Source of the DNA: Candidatus Hodarchaeota archaeon
GTDB lineage: Archaea > Asgardarchaeota > Heimdallarchaeia > Hodarchaeales > Hodarchaeaceae
Assembly (NCBI GenBank): GCA_016839815.1
Contig: JAEOTM010000160.1
Location: 1-57,359 of the forward strand
Reading direction: 5' to 3'
Length of the DNA: 57,359 nt
In this document: positions 1 through 9,121 of the stretch, one piece after another
How the letters are laid out: each line of letters begins with the position of its first letter
How positions within the stretch are numbered: position 1 is the stretch's first letter
Position numbers and translations under genes: made by a program
The notes under the pieces: generated by a model
Told to the model about the DNA's origin: nothing
The model's input: only the letters and a program-made list of their open reading frames with translations
Database searches by the model: none

Positions 1-647
1 AATGTACTCATTATTAACCTCGAACCTATCTGGGAAACACTGAGAGACGTCTTTTCCTTTGATTGGCCTGAGTTTGCTATTCCTAATCTCTTTGATTGGC
101 TTAAAAATTCGCTTGTAACAATACTGGAGGAATTTATAGAGTCTCAACTTGCAGTCTTTGTATCTATCCTAGTTCCCTTATTACTACTGACAATTCCCTT
201 ATACTTCATTCTGACAACGACTTTCAAATTTATATCTATTTCCCTCTATACTTCAAGAGTGAAGAGTTTATCATCATTTACTGCACTTGTAACAACAGCT
301 CTTGTTCTAGTTCTCGTAGAAATCCTCAGTGACTTATGGAACATGCAAACAATGACTGATGTACCCCTTCGAGTTCTCAATGATACGAAAGTATTTAGTA
401 ATACGATGAGCATTGTTCAGCTGTTTGAAGCAGCCTTTTTCTTTATAGGGATCCCTTTGGGCGCGTATTTGATCATTCGTCGGTCTCCTTGGAAAGGAAC
501 TCAAGTGGTAATAAATGATACAGAAACATCAGAGTAACTGAAATCATTGTTGAAGGTAAAACCAAAGAATATCTAATTGATGGATTGAGTTTTCTTCCAT
601 CCCTCCCTTTTTCTACCTGCATTTATTGACCTAATCTCGATATGCTG

Positions 648-1616
648 CTATAAGAGATTATTAGCTAATTTAAATCCGAGTACCTCCCAATCTAGAACAT
701 CTCTGATCATGATATCAGCGGTTGATATAGGAGATTTTCTTATAATTCGCCTAACTGTGTTTATAATGCTTAACATCATACGCGTTGTGGGTTTGACTAA
801 TTTAAATTCAGGTATTGTAGGATTTATCTCATTGACAACCATATCATAAATATAGCCTTTATCATCCAATTTCTCGTTTTCTGCAGCGATCGTAAAGATT
901 TGCCACATTTGAGTAAAAACACTTTCTGCTTCATCCAAAATACTATGGGCCTCAGGACCAGTAATATACCCAAAGTGAGCTAAACTAATAGATTCATAGC
1001 TCAGCTGCCTCAGTTTTTGAATTGTTGAATAGAACTCATCTTTATTACAAAATGGAGGAAGAATAGGAGGTAAGTAGGCATTATCGCCTGCTTTCATACC
1101 AATGGCATCTCCCACAAATAAATTCTTGTTTTTTTCATCAAGGATAGAGATATGGTCAGTTATATGTCCAGGAGTATCATAAATCTTTAAAGAAATACCA
1201 CCAAGATCAAGGCTGTCTCCTTCGTTTAACGCTTGAACATCGGTAATATTTTGATACTTCTCTTTTGGGTGGAAAATCGAATTGAATGACTGATCTGCAA
1301 GGAGAGGAATCGCGTTACTAGAAGCGAATACATCAATTGTTTTTTGGTCTTTTTTGGCATATTCCAGTAATATTGGTACTCCTTGACAATGATCCCAATG
1401 AGAGTGAGTAAGTAAAATGTAATCAGGAGGAAAAGCATTTATCTCTTTTAAGTGTTTTATTATGCGTTTACCACCTGGTTTTGATCCTCCATCTATTAAA
1501 CAGGACTTTTCAGATTGAATAAGGTACACTCCTCCCGCTCCTGCGACATCTGCATAACCAAAGTCAATTAATGTCGTATCGGGGTTAATTTTTCCTGGTT
1601 CTCGTATCGAAGTCAA
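648..1616 (-). CDS. MBL-fold metallo-hydrolase
   Basis: HxHxDH motif (LLTHSHWDHCQG) plus downstream D/H ligands typical of the metallo-beta-lactamase fold. 322 aa with a C-terminal extension. Confidence 0.7.
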   Translation of the reverse strand: MTSIREPGKINPDTTLIDFGYADVAGAGGVYLIQSEKSCLIDGGSKPGGKRIIKHLKEINAFPPDYILLTHSHWDHCQGVPILLEYAKKDQKTIDVFASSNAIPLLADQSFNSIFHPKEKYQNITDVQALNEGDSLDLGGISLKIYDTPGHITDHISILDEKNKNLFVGDAIGMKAGDNAYLPPILPPFCNKDEFYSTIQKLRQLSYESISLAHFGYITGPEAHSILDEAESVFTQMWQIFTIAAENEKLDDKGYIYDMVVNEINPTIPEFKLVKPTTRMMLSIINTVRRIIRKSPISTADIMIRDVLDWEVLGFKLANNLL

Positions 1617-1811
1617 TTAAATATCTCCAGAAGATCCTTGATATTATCTAAATCAATGTAGATCCCTTTAATTTGGTTAATTCTCTTATAAAAGATTTTC
1701 GAGCTTAGACAATTAGAGGTTTCTAGTAGTTAGGAATATACATCCTACTCAAAAGGATGGAAAAACTAAAAAATAATGAGGGAGGACAATTCATTTAACA
1801 TGGGATAAATC

Positions 1812-2495
1812 TTGAATAGAGAGAAAATAGCTCAACTATTCCGAATTGAAAATAATCAAAAACTCCTCAGTTTCGCAATGATGCCGAGATCTTGTGGAGG
1901 AGGTGATGAATTCAAACTCTTAGCATTGTATGGCGATAAGATTATTGATTTAGCTCTTCTGACTAGCTTCTCAAACCAAGGAATTACCGATACGGGGGTT
2001 ATCTCCCCGGCCATCGATCGTTTTCATAATCAAGACACTTTATATGCATTAGGAAAACATCTGGAACTTAACCGATTAATGGTTCCCTTGGATTCTACAC
2101 AGCCAATCCCCCATAAAGATATAAAAGAGGGGATAGAAGCACTTTTAGGTGCAACTTATCAAACTCACGGTTTAACTGTATGTTTTGAAGTTGTTTGGGA
2201 GTTATATGAGAAAATTAAAACTCTTTTGCCTGAAATAGGGGCCAAAGAGGAGACGTTACTAAGTGAAAACGTAGTTGGTATGCTTCAAGAATGGTTTGAT
2301 ACACAGGGGTATGAAAAACCTGTATATGAAAACATAAGAGTCGGGGGAACGGACAATAATCCCCTTTGGAAGTGTCAGGTTACATTCCACTATCAAGGTG
2401 AACAGATCAAGGAATTGAGCGATAGTTTCCTCGGTACACGTAAAGCCAAGCGTGATGCAGCTCAAAAAGTGTTAACTAGATTAGGTATAAAGTAA
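1812..2495 (+). CDS. RNase III-like domain protein with C-terminal dsRBD
   Basis: KEGIEALLGATY matches the RNase III EAxxGA motif. LALYGDKIIDLAL resembles the signature box, but the N-terminal acidic catalytic residues are not clearly conserved. C-terminal ...NPLWKCQVTFHY...GTRKAKRDAAQKVLTRL matches the dsRBD consensus (GxxKKxAKxxAAxxAL). Confidence 0.55.
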   Translation: MNREKIAQLFRIENNQKLLSFAMMPRSCGGGDEFKLLALYGDKIIDLALLTSFSNQGITDTGVISPAIDRFHNQDTLYALGKHLELNRLMVPLDSTQPIPHKDIKEGIEALLGATYQTHGLTVCFEVVWELYEKIKTLLPEIGAKEETLLSENVVGMLQEWFDTQGYEKPVYENIRVGGTDNNPLWKCQVTFHYQGEQIKELSDSFLGTRKAKRDAAQKVLTRLGIK

Positions 2496-2619
2496 AAAAT
2501 AAGATCTACCCAAATTCTCTTCTAAAACTTATAAAAACTAAATTTCTAGGGACAAATTTTGAACATGGTTGAATTCTAGTATCCGAGTTGTCTGACAAAA
2601 TTAGTTATAGAGAAAAACA

Positions 2620-2994
2620 CTAGGGTAAAGATAAATTGGCTCCACACTTTATACAAAATTTTCCTTGATAGGTATTCTGGGTACCACATTCGCCGCAAAA
2701 ACTTGCTACCTGTCCTGTGGAAGACCGGGGAACAAGTCGTGCACCAGCATAGAATTGCTGTTGGGTATGTCGTTTATTACGAAATGGTTCAATCACCCAG
2801 TAATATATAGGGCCACCAACCATGATAATAAAACCAATAAAGATCATAAACATCCAAATGGGATTAACTAAGGAAGGGTCATATTCCTGATAGCTATCCT
2901 GTTCACCAATAAAAGAGAGAGCTCCAAAAATGGAAGCAACCATCCAAAAACCAAAACCCAGAGCTCCTACACCAAGACCACGTAAGAAACGCAT
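2620..2994 (-). CDS. membrane protein with C-terminal zinc ribbon
   Basis: Two predicted TM helices followed by CGECG...CIKCGANL (CxxC...CxxC). Confidence 0.4.
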   Translation of the reverse strand: MRFLRGLGVGALGFGFWMVASIFGALSFIGEQDSYQEYDPSLVNPIWMFMIFIGFIIMVGGPIYYWVIEPFRNKRHTQQQFYAGARLVPRSSTGQVASFCGECGTQNTYQGKFCIKCGANLSLP

Positions 2995-3099
2995 TTCCTC
3001 ATCAATCTCAAGTACAGACTAACAGTTCTAAAGGATTATAAAAAGATTTGGAAAAAAGACGAGAAAAATGTTTTTGAGGAAAGAGCTCCCTGAAAGTAG

Positions 3100-3174
3100 A
3101 AAAAAAAGAAAGGAGATACTGATTAAACAGTAATCTCAATACTCAGTCTGCGTACCAGCTCTTTATAGCAATTC
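3100..3174. repeat. ~85-bp tfb-3'-end repeat, copy 1
   Basis: A-rich run + GAAAGGAGATACTG-N6-CAGTAATCTCAATACT...CTCTTTATAGCAATTC. Minus-strand frame encodes NCYKELVRRLSIEITV*. Lies 15 nt downstream of the vapC stop. Confidence 0.8.
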
Positions 3175-3194
3175 TACAGCATAAAAAAACATCT

Positions 3195-3608
3195 TCATCG
3201 ATATTGTTTTATCTGTAGGTCCTGAACTCTGTTGAAATGGTTAACATTAGCAGTTAAAACTGGAAGATCTTCAACAAGAGCGATAGAGGCAATTGCAGTA
3301 TCTGCAAATCCAATATCTAAGCCTTTATCCACTAAAAATGCTCGTAGTTCTCCATATAGTTTGGAATGCTCTAAAGCGAACGGAAAAACAGTCAGTGTCG
3401 AGATAAGTGTATCTAGTTTTGTGTACCGTTTTTCCTGCCATTTTCGACGATATCGACCGTAATAGAGTTCTGAAACACTAATTGATGTCGTAACAACATA
3501 AATGTCTTCTCTAAGAAGGTGAAAGGTTGCTTGTTTTGCGGATGGAGTACCAGCAAGATAGTCGGACAGATAATCTGTATCAGCAATTATGGGGTGGGTT
3601 AATTCCAT
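3195..3608 (-). CDS. vapC: PIN-domain ribonuclease toxin (VapC-like)
   Basis: N-terminal IADTDYL acidic motif, ~137 aa, start overlaps the upstream small antitoxin-like ORF by 10 nt. Confidence 0.6.
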   Translation of the reverse strand: MELTHPIIADTDYLSDYLAGTPSAKQATFHLLREDIYVVTTSISVSELYYGRYRRKWQEKRYTKLDTLISTLTVFPFALEHSKLYGELRAFLVDKGLDIGFADTAIASIALVEDLPVLTANVNHFNRVQDLQIKQYR

Positions 3609-3811
3609 GCCTGACGAGCTTCCTTCTTAAATTCCGTCAGTTCTTTTTCATCTAGCTCGCTCTGTAGACTGCCGAACATTTCGAGGTACTTTTCAATGTT
3701 TGGTTTGGTCGTGAGTCGAATAACCGTCTCACTATACGACTCACCCTCCTTTTTAGCCTTTTTAAGAAGGTTATATGCCTTAGAATTTAAACTAATCGTT
3801 TTATAGGTCAT
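3599..3811 (-). CDS. vapB: VapB-like antitoxin (small DNA-binding protein)
   Basis: 70-aa basic/acidic protein immediately upstream of and overlapping the PIN gene, the classic TA arrangement. Confidence 0.5.
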   Translation of the reverse strand: MTYKTISLNSKAYNLLKKAKKEGESYSETVIRLTTKPNIEKYLEMFGSLQSELDEKELTEFKKEARQAWN

Positions 3812-3873
3812 TTAGATCCTCATATATTATTTCATCTATGAGCTTTATATTTCTTTTTAAAATCTAAAGTACA

Positions 3874-4428
3874 TCAGGAATGGCTATCTTCTGCAAGAGT
3901 AACGATCTCATTTTCATTAATATTCCAAGAAAATCTCTCACATGCGTCCTCAAAAACGTTTTTTGTCACTAGAATATCTAAAATTCCAGGATTATTTCCA
4001 ATCTTCAGAATTATAGCATTTTTCTGATGAACCCAATCACGAAGAACTCTTACTCTCTCGGTTAGATCTTCTAGTTTTAGTATGATTTCATCCAGTGGTT
4101 TTCTAACATCAATCGTGTATTTAAACAAGATAGAAAATACGATAGGTCCACGATACAGAGGAGAAGGGGAATCTTGGATTAAATGATTTTTAATGAAAGT
4201 TTTAACAAATTGAGAATTATGTAGAGGAATGGGATTTATCCAAGAATATGAGCCATTTTCATTCATCCGTCGTTGTACAATCACTTCTTGTACAAAATTA
4301 TGGTCAATTATAGAAGGAATTCCATCAAACAATAACTTTGGATTTATAAATTCCTTATAACTAATTTTGACATATCTTTCTTCTACCCCAGAGATAAATT
4401 CAGATAGGTTTTCATCTTGATTTTTCAT
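3874..4428 (-). CDS. hypothetical protein
   Basis: 184-aa ORF with coding-like composition and no recognisable motif. Confidence 0.3.
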   Translation of the reverse strand: MKNQDENLSEFISGVEERYVKISYKEFINPKLLFDGIPSIIDHNFVQEVIVQRRMNENGSYSWINPIPLHNSQFVKTFIKNHLIQDSPSPLYRGPIVFSILFKYTIDVRKPLDEIILKLEDLTERVRVLRDWVHQKNAIILKIGNNPGILDILVTKNVFEDACERFSWNINENEIVTLAEDSHS

Positions 4429-4553
4429 TCCTTATCCTCCATGGATTGTATCATTAATTAAGTCCTAAATTTAGACAAAAAAGTCTAGTGAGGAACAAAT
4501 ATTTAAGGAGAATGACCGCAAAGAAGAATCAACGATTAAAAACAAACGAAATA

Positions 4554-4632
4554 TAAAAAAAAGAAAGGAGCTACTGGTTAGACAATAATCTCGATACTTA
4601 GCTTGCGGACACGCTCTTTGTAGCGATTTCAC
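4554..4632. repeat. ~85-bp tfb-3'-end repeat, copy 2
   Basis: Same architecture as the other copies. Minus frame encodes *NRYKERVRKLSIEIIV*. Hairpin TACTG-N6-CAATA carries one mismatch. Confidence 0.8.
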
Positions 4633-4698
4633 GCCATTATTTCTTAAAACCTAATCCTTTAATATCATCAAAAAGCCATAAGTAATGGAAGGTTACGT

Positions 4699-5190
4699 AT
4701 GAAAAGAGCTCTTGTACTATTAATTTTGATTTTTCCTGTTTTTTTAATCACAGCCAATCCAATGACGTCAATAAATGACACTTTCTTAATTAACCCAGAT
4801 GAATATGTCTTTTATGAAGTTTTGTTGGAAAAAAATGAAACTTATTGGATTAGTATTACAGGAAACAATACATGGATCCTTATAACTGTAAATAATACTA
4901 ATTTTCAATTATTTCAACAAAAAGAGTCGTTTTATTCCCTAGAAAATAATCATTACTCCTTTTTAAATGGTAAATTTTGGATTCCAACAGGAGGGTTTGC
5001 AAATTTGACTACATTTTATGAGGAGACCAACGAAGGTGAAGCAATCTTCATACTCTATAATAGTAATGAGGATATACTAGCTGGAGAAATAGAATGGAGA
5101 AAAAAAGGAGGAAGCTCAACGTATATAGATTTACTTTCACTAGGACTGGTTGTTCCTTGTTTAGCGCTTATTAGAAAGGTTAAGCGATAA
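4699..5190 (+). CDS. small secreted/anchored protein
   Basis: N-terminal signal peptide (LVLLILIFPVFLITA), many N-x-T/S sequons, C-terminal hydrophobic segment plus basic tail. Confidence 0.4.
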   Translation: MKRALVLLILIFPVFLITANPMTSINDTFLINPDEYVFYEVLLEKNETYWISITGNNTWILITVNNTNFQLFQQKESFYSLENNHYSFLNGKFWIPTGGFANLTTFYEETNEGEAIFILYNSNEDILAGEIEWRKKGGSSTYIDLLSLGLVVPCLALIRKVKR

Positions 5191-5248
5191 ATTCAGATTC
5201 TTACCCCAAAATTCGAATGAAAATCAATGAACTCATGATAAACTCCCC

Positions 5249-5332
5249 AAAAAAGAAAAAAAGAAAGGAGATACTGGTTACACAGTAATCTCAATACTAA
5301 GCTTGCGAACAAGCTCTTTATAGCGATTTCGC
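5249..5332. repeat. ~85-bp tfb-3'-end repeat, copy 3
   Basis: Minus frame encodes ...HAKRNRYKELVRKLSIEITV*, identical to the TFB C-terminus with only synonymous differences. Perfect hairpins AGCTTG-CGAA-CAAGCT and TACTG-GTTACA-CAGTA. Confidence 0.85.
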
Positions 5333-5616
5333 TTTGCATGGTAAAAAAAAATATCATTACTACCAGTCCAAATAATTTTTAATAGTAACTAATATAGTAT
5401 CACATTCTTGATATCAGCATTTAAGTCTTATATTGCCCTCATGGAAAGTTTTATTTTGGTGATTTTTGGATTACTACATTATTATCCAAAGGGGATCTTC
5501 TAAGAAGACGTGATACGTAATAAGATTGAAAAGAGTTTTTTTTATGTTTTTAACAAATCGATACATCATTATTCCTCGAGTTCTGCCTAAAAAAATAGAT
5601 AGGGAATGAAAGGAGT

Positions 5617-7554
5617 TTGAATAATTCAAAACTACTTGGCAGAATAATCGGAGTTCTCCTCCTAACAAGTTTCTGCACTGATTCGGTTGTATCCACCATT
5701 GAGGAGGGGAACACGGCAAGATGGGCATCTGAGTTTCGTCCTCAAGGAGCTTATCTGGATGAAATACTCTTTCTGATCTATACTTCAACCGAAGAAGAGG
5801 ATGCAATGTTAGCTCTCCAATCGGGTAACTTAGATGTGAACGATCGAGATATTAGAAGTGAATTCTTGGAAGATTTATTCCCAGCTCTTACACTCCAAAC
5901 TAGTCTCGCGAACAGGTATCTAGCACTCTCACTGAATACACATCGATTCCCACTTAACATTACTGAGTTTCGACGTGCAATGGCTTTTGGCCTGGATAAA
6001 AACCCATGTAACATCCCTCCTTACTGTAGTGAGGTCCCTCTAGACACCTACATTCCCCTAGCTTCTACCGAATGGAACGTTGAAAATAGTCTTACTACTC
6101 ATTTTTATGATCAGGATATTGTTTCAGGTAACACTTCTCTTGTAGCAGCTGATTTTATCGATCTTGATGGTGATGGCTGGCGAGAATATGACAAAGATGG
6201 AAGTGGTACATGGACAGCAGGTGACTTAGATGATACCCATCCGCTAATGACAATTGAGCTGTGGTCATCAACCCAAACCATGGGATTTGTTCCTCCTCTT
6301 CAAGCAGCAACAATGATGGCGGAAGGGCTGATAAAAATGGGAATACATTCGACAGTAACAGAACATAGTTTCGACTGGATTCTTGATCAAATGATTCAAG
6401 GAACACATTGTGTGACAGCCTGGACAGAAAGTGTTCCAATCATTAACCCAACAAAGGCACTTTATGAGAAATTTAGAACAGAGACATCTTCTAATAAAGC
6501 CTATTATAAGTTTAGTAATAGCACCATTGATGAAGTTCTTGATAGAATGGTTACCGCGAATACTTTGGAGGAAGTGAAAAACCTGGTAAGGAATATTTCG
6601 ATTATGCTCGCGTATGAGCAACCACAAATTGTGTATGTGAATGACATCTATGTCAATGCCTGGCGTAATGACAAATTCATGGGCTTCGAGGAATTTGTTG
6701 GACAAGGATACACAGGTGATAATCCCTACTCAGGCACCCAGATTCGAAAATTGGATGGAACAATGGGTGGTTCAATTAAATACCGTATATCAGAGGATTT
6801 AGAAACTCCCAATGTCATGATGGTAAATGAGAAAACCACCAAGATGGTCATGGAATACATTTACGAAGGTCTCTGGCAAACTGATCCAGTCACATGGGAT
6901 CCCATTCCTCAATTAGCGTATACATGGGAGATTGAGAATGGGATCAATGATCTACTTAACAATGTTGTTGACGGGGATAAATACACCTTCTACCTGTATG
7001 AAAACGAAACTTGGCATGATGGGACACCGTTCACTTCAGCAGATGTCAAATTCTCAATTGAGGAAATCTGGCCCAAAAGTAATCATTACCCAACGACAGC
7101 TAAAGATATCTATAGAGTTACAATCCCTGATGACTATACTGTGGAGATCTGGGTTAATGGTTCTAATTATTTTCAGTGGAGTGAAGTAACAGGCATTCCT
7201 TATATTGTTCCTAAGCATATCTGGAATAATGTGCTAGATGTATCAACCTTTTTGCCATCTGATTCTCAAATCATTGGAACTGGTCCATATAAGTGGGATG
7301 AATACATCCCAGGTGAATTTATCAGCCTTATTCGTCATGAAAATTGGCGTTGGGATATTCGTGAAGTATCTGTAACAAGCACAACTCATACCACTACCCC
7401 AGATGACTCCTCTCCTACTTCAACAACAACATCTGTGACAAATCGTATACCTGGGTTCGTTGATTTCGTTCTGATTTTAGGAATAATCGGACCTATCCTA
7501 ACCAGAAAGTCAAAAAAAGAAAAAAAAAATAAAGAGATACTGCTTACACAGTAA
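5617..7554 (+). CDS. secreted surface protein (solute-binding-protein-like) with S/T-rich stalk and C-terminal membrane anchor
   Basis: Signal peptide, 645 aa, TSTTHTTTPDDSSPTSTTTS linker, then a hydrophobic helix plus KSKKEKK tail. Weak resemblance to ABC substrate-binding family 5. Confidence 0.45.
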   Translation: MNNSKLLGRIIGVLLLTSFCTDSVVSTIEEGNTARWASEFRPQGAYLDEILFLIYTSTEEEDAMLALQSGNLDVNDRDIRSEFLEDLFPALTLQTSLANRYLALSLNTHRFPLNITEFRRAMAFGLDKNPCNIPPYCSEVPLDTYIPLASTEWNVENSLTTHFYDQDIVSGNTSLVAADFIDLDGDGWREYDKDGSGTWTAGDLDDTHPLMTIELWSSTQTMGFVPPLQAATMMAEGLIKMGIHSTVTEHSFDWILDQMIQGTHCVTAWTESVPIINPTKALYEKFRTETSSNKAYYKFSNSTIDEVLDRMVTANTLEEVKNLVRNISIMLAYEQPQIVYVNDIYVNAWRNDKFMGFEEFVGQGYTGDNPYSGTQIRKLDGTMGGSIKYRISEDLETPNVMMVNEKTTKMVMEYIYEGLWQTDPVTWDPIPQLAYTWEIENGINDLLNNVVDGDKYTFYLYENETWHDGTPFTSADVKFSIEEIWPKSNHYPTTAKDIYRVTIPDDYTVEIWVNGSNYFQWSEVTGIPYIVPKHIWNNVLDVSTFLPSDSQIIGTGPYKWDEYIPGEFISLIRHENWRWDIREVSVTSTTHTTTPDDSSPTSTTTSVTNRIPGFVDFVLILGIIGPILTRKSKKEKKNKEILLTQ

Positions 7555-7597
7555 TCTCGATACTGAGCTTGCGTACAAGCTCTTTATAGCGATTTCG
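7512..7597. repeat. ~85-bp tfb-3'-end repeat, copy 4 (native tfb 3' end)
   Basis: Overlaps the last 16 codons of tfb (minus strand) and the last codons of the 645-aa ORF (plus strand). Confidence 0.85.
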
Positions 7598-8512
7598 CAC
7601 AGTTACCTCCGTAACATGTGCAACTTCACTTATCTCTCGTTGTGTTCGTCGTTCTCCGTTGATTATCCCGCTGATATAGATTGCCGCGGCGGCTAGCCCT
7701 GTCGGGTCTTTTCCTGCTGTCAATCCTCCTGCTTTTGCGCGTTTGAGGATTTCTGCCGCTTTTCGTTGACACACTCCTGAGAGTCGTAATTCTGTTCCAA
7801 AGCGTACCAGGTAATCTATGGGACTTGCTAATGGGATATTTAGATACAGTTCACGTAGTAACAGTCGGTAACATCTACCTAACTCTTTTTTCGTAATTCG
7901 TGATTCTTTTGCGATTTCATCCAGTGTTCGTGGGACTCGTCGTACTCGTGCTGATGCGTAGATTGTTGCCGCTACCATCGCTTCGATTGAGCGTCCTCGT
8001 ACTAACCGTTTTTCTATTGCTTTTCGATAGATGATTGCTGAAGTTTCTTTCACATTTCGTGGAATGCCTAGCTGTGATGCTAATCGATCCATTTCTGACA
8101 TGGCGAATGCTAGATTTCGATCCATCGAGCTATGGACTCTTGTTCTAATCTGCCATTTTCGTAAACGGTAGATTTGTGCACGTCGTGATGCAGTTAGTTT
8201 ATTCCCAAATGTATCACGGTTTTCATAACCTATGATTGTTGATAATCCTTTATCGTGAACTGAAAATGTACTTGGTGAACCTACACGACTTCGTTTATCT
8301 CGTTCTTCGCTGTTGAATGCTCGCCATTCGGGTCCTTCGTCAATTAGTCGTGTTTCCAGTACGTAACCACATTTTTCACAGATTAGTTCGCCTCGATTTT
8401 CGTCGGCCACAATATCTGTTGATCCACAGTTTTTACATTCGAGGATTTCTTCCTCGTCTTCTACCTGGCCTTTTTTCTGTGGTTTTGCTTTTGCCTCTTT
8501 CATAAGTGCCAT
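7544..8512 (-). CDS. tfb: transcription initiation factor TFB (TFIIB homolog)
   Basis: N-terminal Zn ribbon (CKNCGS...CEKCG), B-reader/linker, two cyclin-fold repeats, conserved C-terminal ...VTEVTVRNRYKEL. Confidence 0.92.
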   Translation of the reverse strand: MALMKEAKAKPQKKGQVEDEEEILECKNCGSTDIVADENRGELICEKCGYVLETRLIDEGPEWRAFNSEERDKRSRVGSPSTFSVHDKGLSTIIGYENRDTFGNKLTASRRAQIYRLRKWQIRTRVHSSMDRNLAFAMSEMDRLASQLGIPRNVKETSAIIYRKAIEKRLVRGRSIEAMVAATIYASARVRRVPRTLDEIAKESRITKKELGRCYRLLLRELYLNIPLASPIDYLVRFGTELRLSGVCQRKAAEILKRAKAGGLTAGKDPTGLAAAAIYISGIINGERRTQREISEVAHVTEVTVRNRYKELVRKLSIEITV

Positions 8513-9121
8513 TCCTGAGGGTTCCTTCTTATACTTGTGATTGTTTTATCAGGACGTTAGCGCTCCGTATTGGGATTTTCTACTATTTTCGATAGCGCGC
8601 TCTCACTTCCGTGCGACAAATAACTGCGAGAGTGTTCTCTTTCTTACTAAAAGTTTAGGTAAAATTAATTGCCACCTAGGGTGAGCGCCTGACCTCAATC
8701 ACCACTAATATCAAAGGCTTTTTCCTCCTTTATAAACCTTTTCGCAAGACTTATATATGGTTTCTGCTGTGCCGGGCTCTCTATTTTCCCCATCCCACCT
8801 TGTTTGTACTTCTCCTTCTGCCTTTTTTAAGTAAATCGATTTTCTTTGTATTTTATTGTGATTTTTGTAATTTATTACTTGTTTTACTAGAGAAATTCTT
8901 CATTAAATAAATTGTAAGGGAACTAATCATTTTCAGCATATTTCTTAGTTACAAAGCAATTCCAGTCACCATTATCCTAATATTGGATCAAGACAAGAGA
9001 GATTGATTTATGATCTATCTATAATATTTATTTGAATGTACAAATGGTTGTACGATTTTTATTCACTCCCTGTCTTCATTCTTTAAAAAAAAGAGATGAG
9101 AGAAGTTGCTGTCTTCCTTCT

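Noticed and set aside
259-537. 92-aa ORF at the window start
   Set aside because: Hydrophobic, lies at the contig edge, has no motif and possibly continues upstream out of the window. Not confidently a gene.
5474-5806. 110-aa minus-strand ORF and numerous 60-150-aa ORFs antisense to or nested in larger genes (e.g. 1226-1438, 2259-2465, 5778-6014, 6155-6705, 9184-9378, 13254-13436, 35515-35763, 39314-39508, 40606-40962, 43513-44004, 46300-46707, 48521-48919, 49100-49588, 52149-52355)
   Set aside because: These overlap strongly supported genes on the opposite strand or lie in promoter regions, have atypical composition and no motifs. Treated as spurious.
3100-7597. Possible CRISPR array, because of four similar direct repeats
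   Set aside because: Repeats are ~85 bp, imperfect and irregularly spaced (0.6-2.2 kb), with protein-coding cassettes between them and codon-phased divergence. This is not a CRISPR repeat-spacer architecture.
7512-7597. Plus-strand reading of the repeat as a conserved C-terminal peptide (...KEIL[LV][TK]Q*)
   Set aside because: The apparent conservation follows from nucleotide identity in the stem of the second hairpin. Only copy 4 is actually joined to a long plus-strand ORF, whereas the minus-strand frame shows genuine synonymous-site bias.
8530-8710. GC-richer island upstream of tfb as a structured ncRNA (SRP RNA, RNase P, C/D box sRNA)
   Set aside because: No conserved SRP, RNase P or C/D-box (RUGAUGA...CUGA) motifs found, and only short imperfect hairpins. 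More likely promoter or 5' UTR DNA. Left unannotated.
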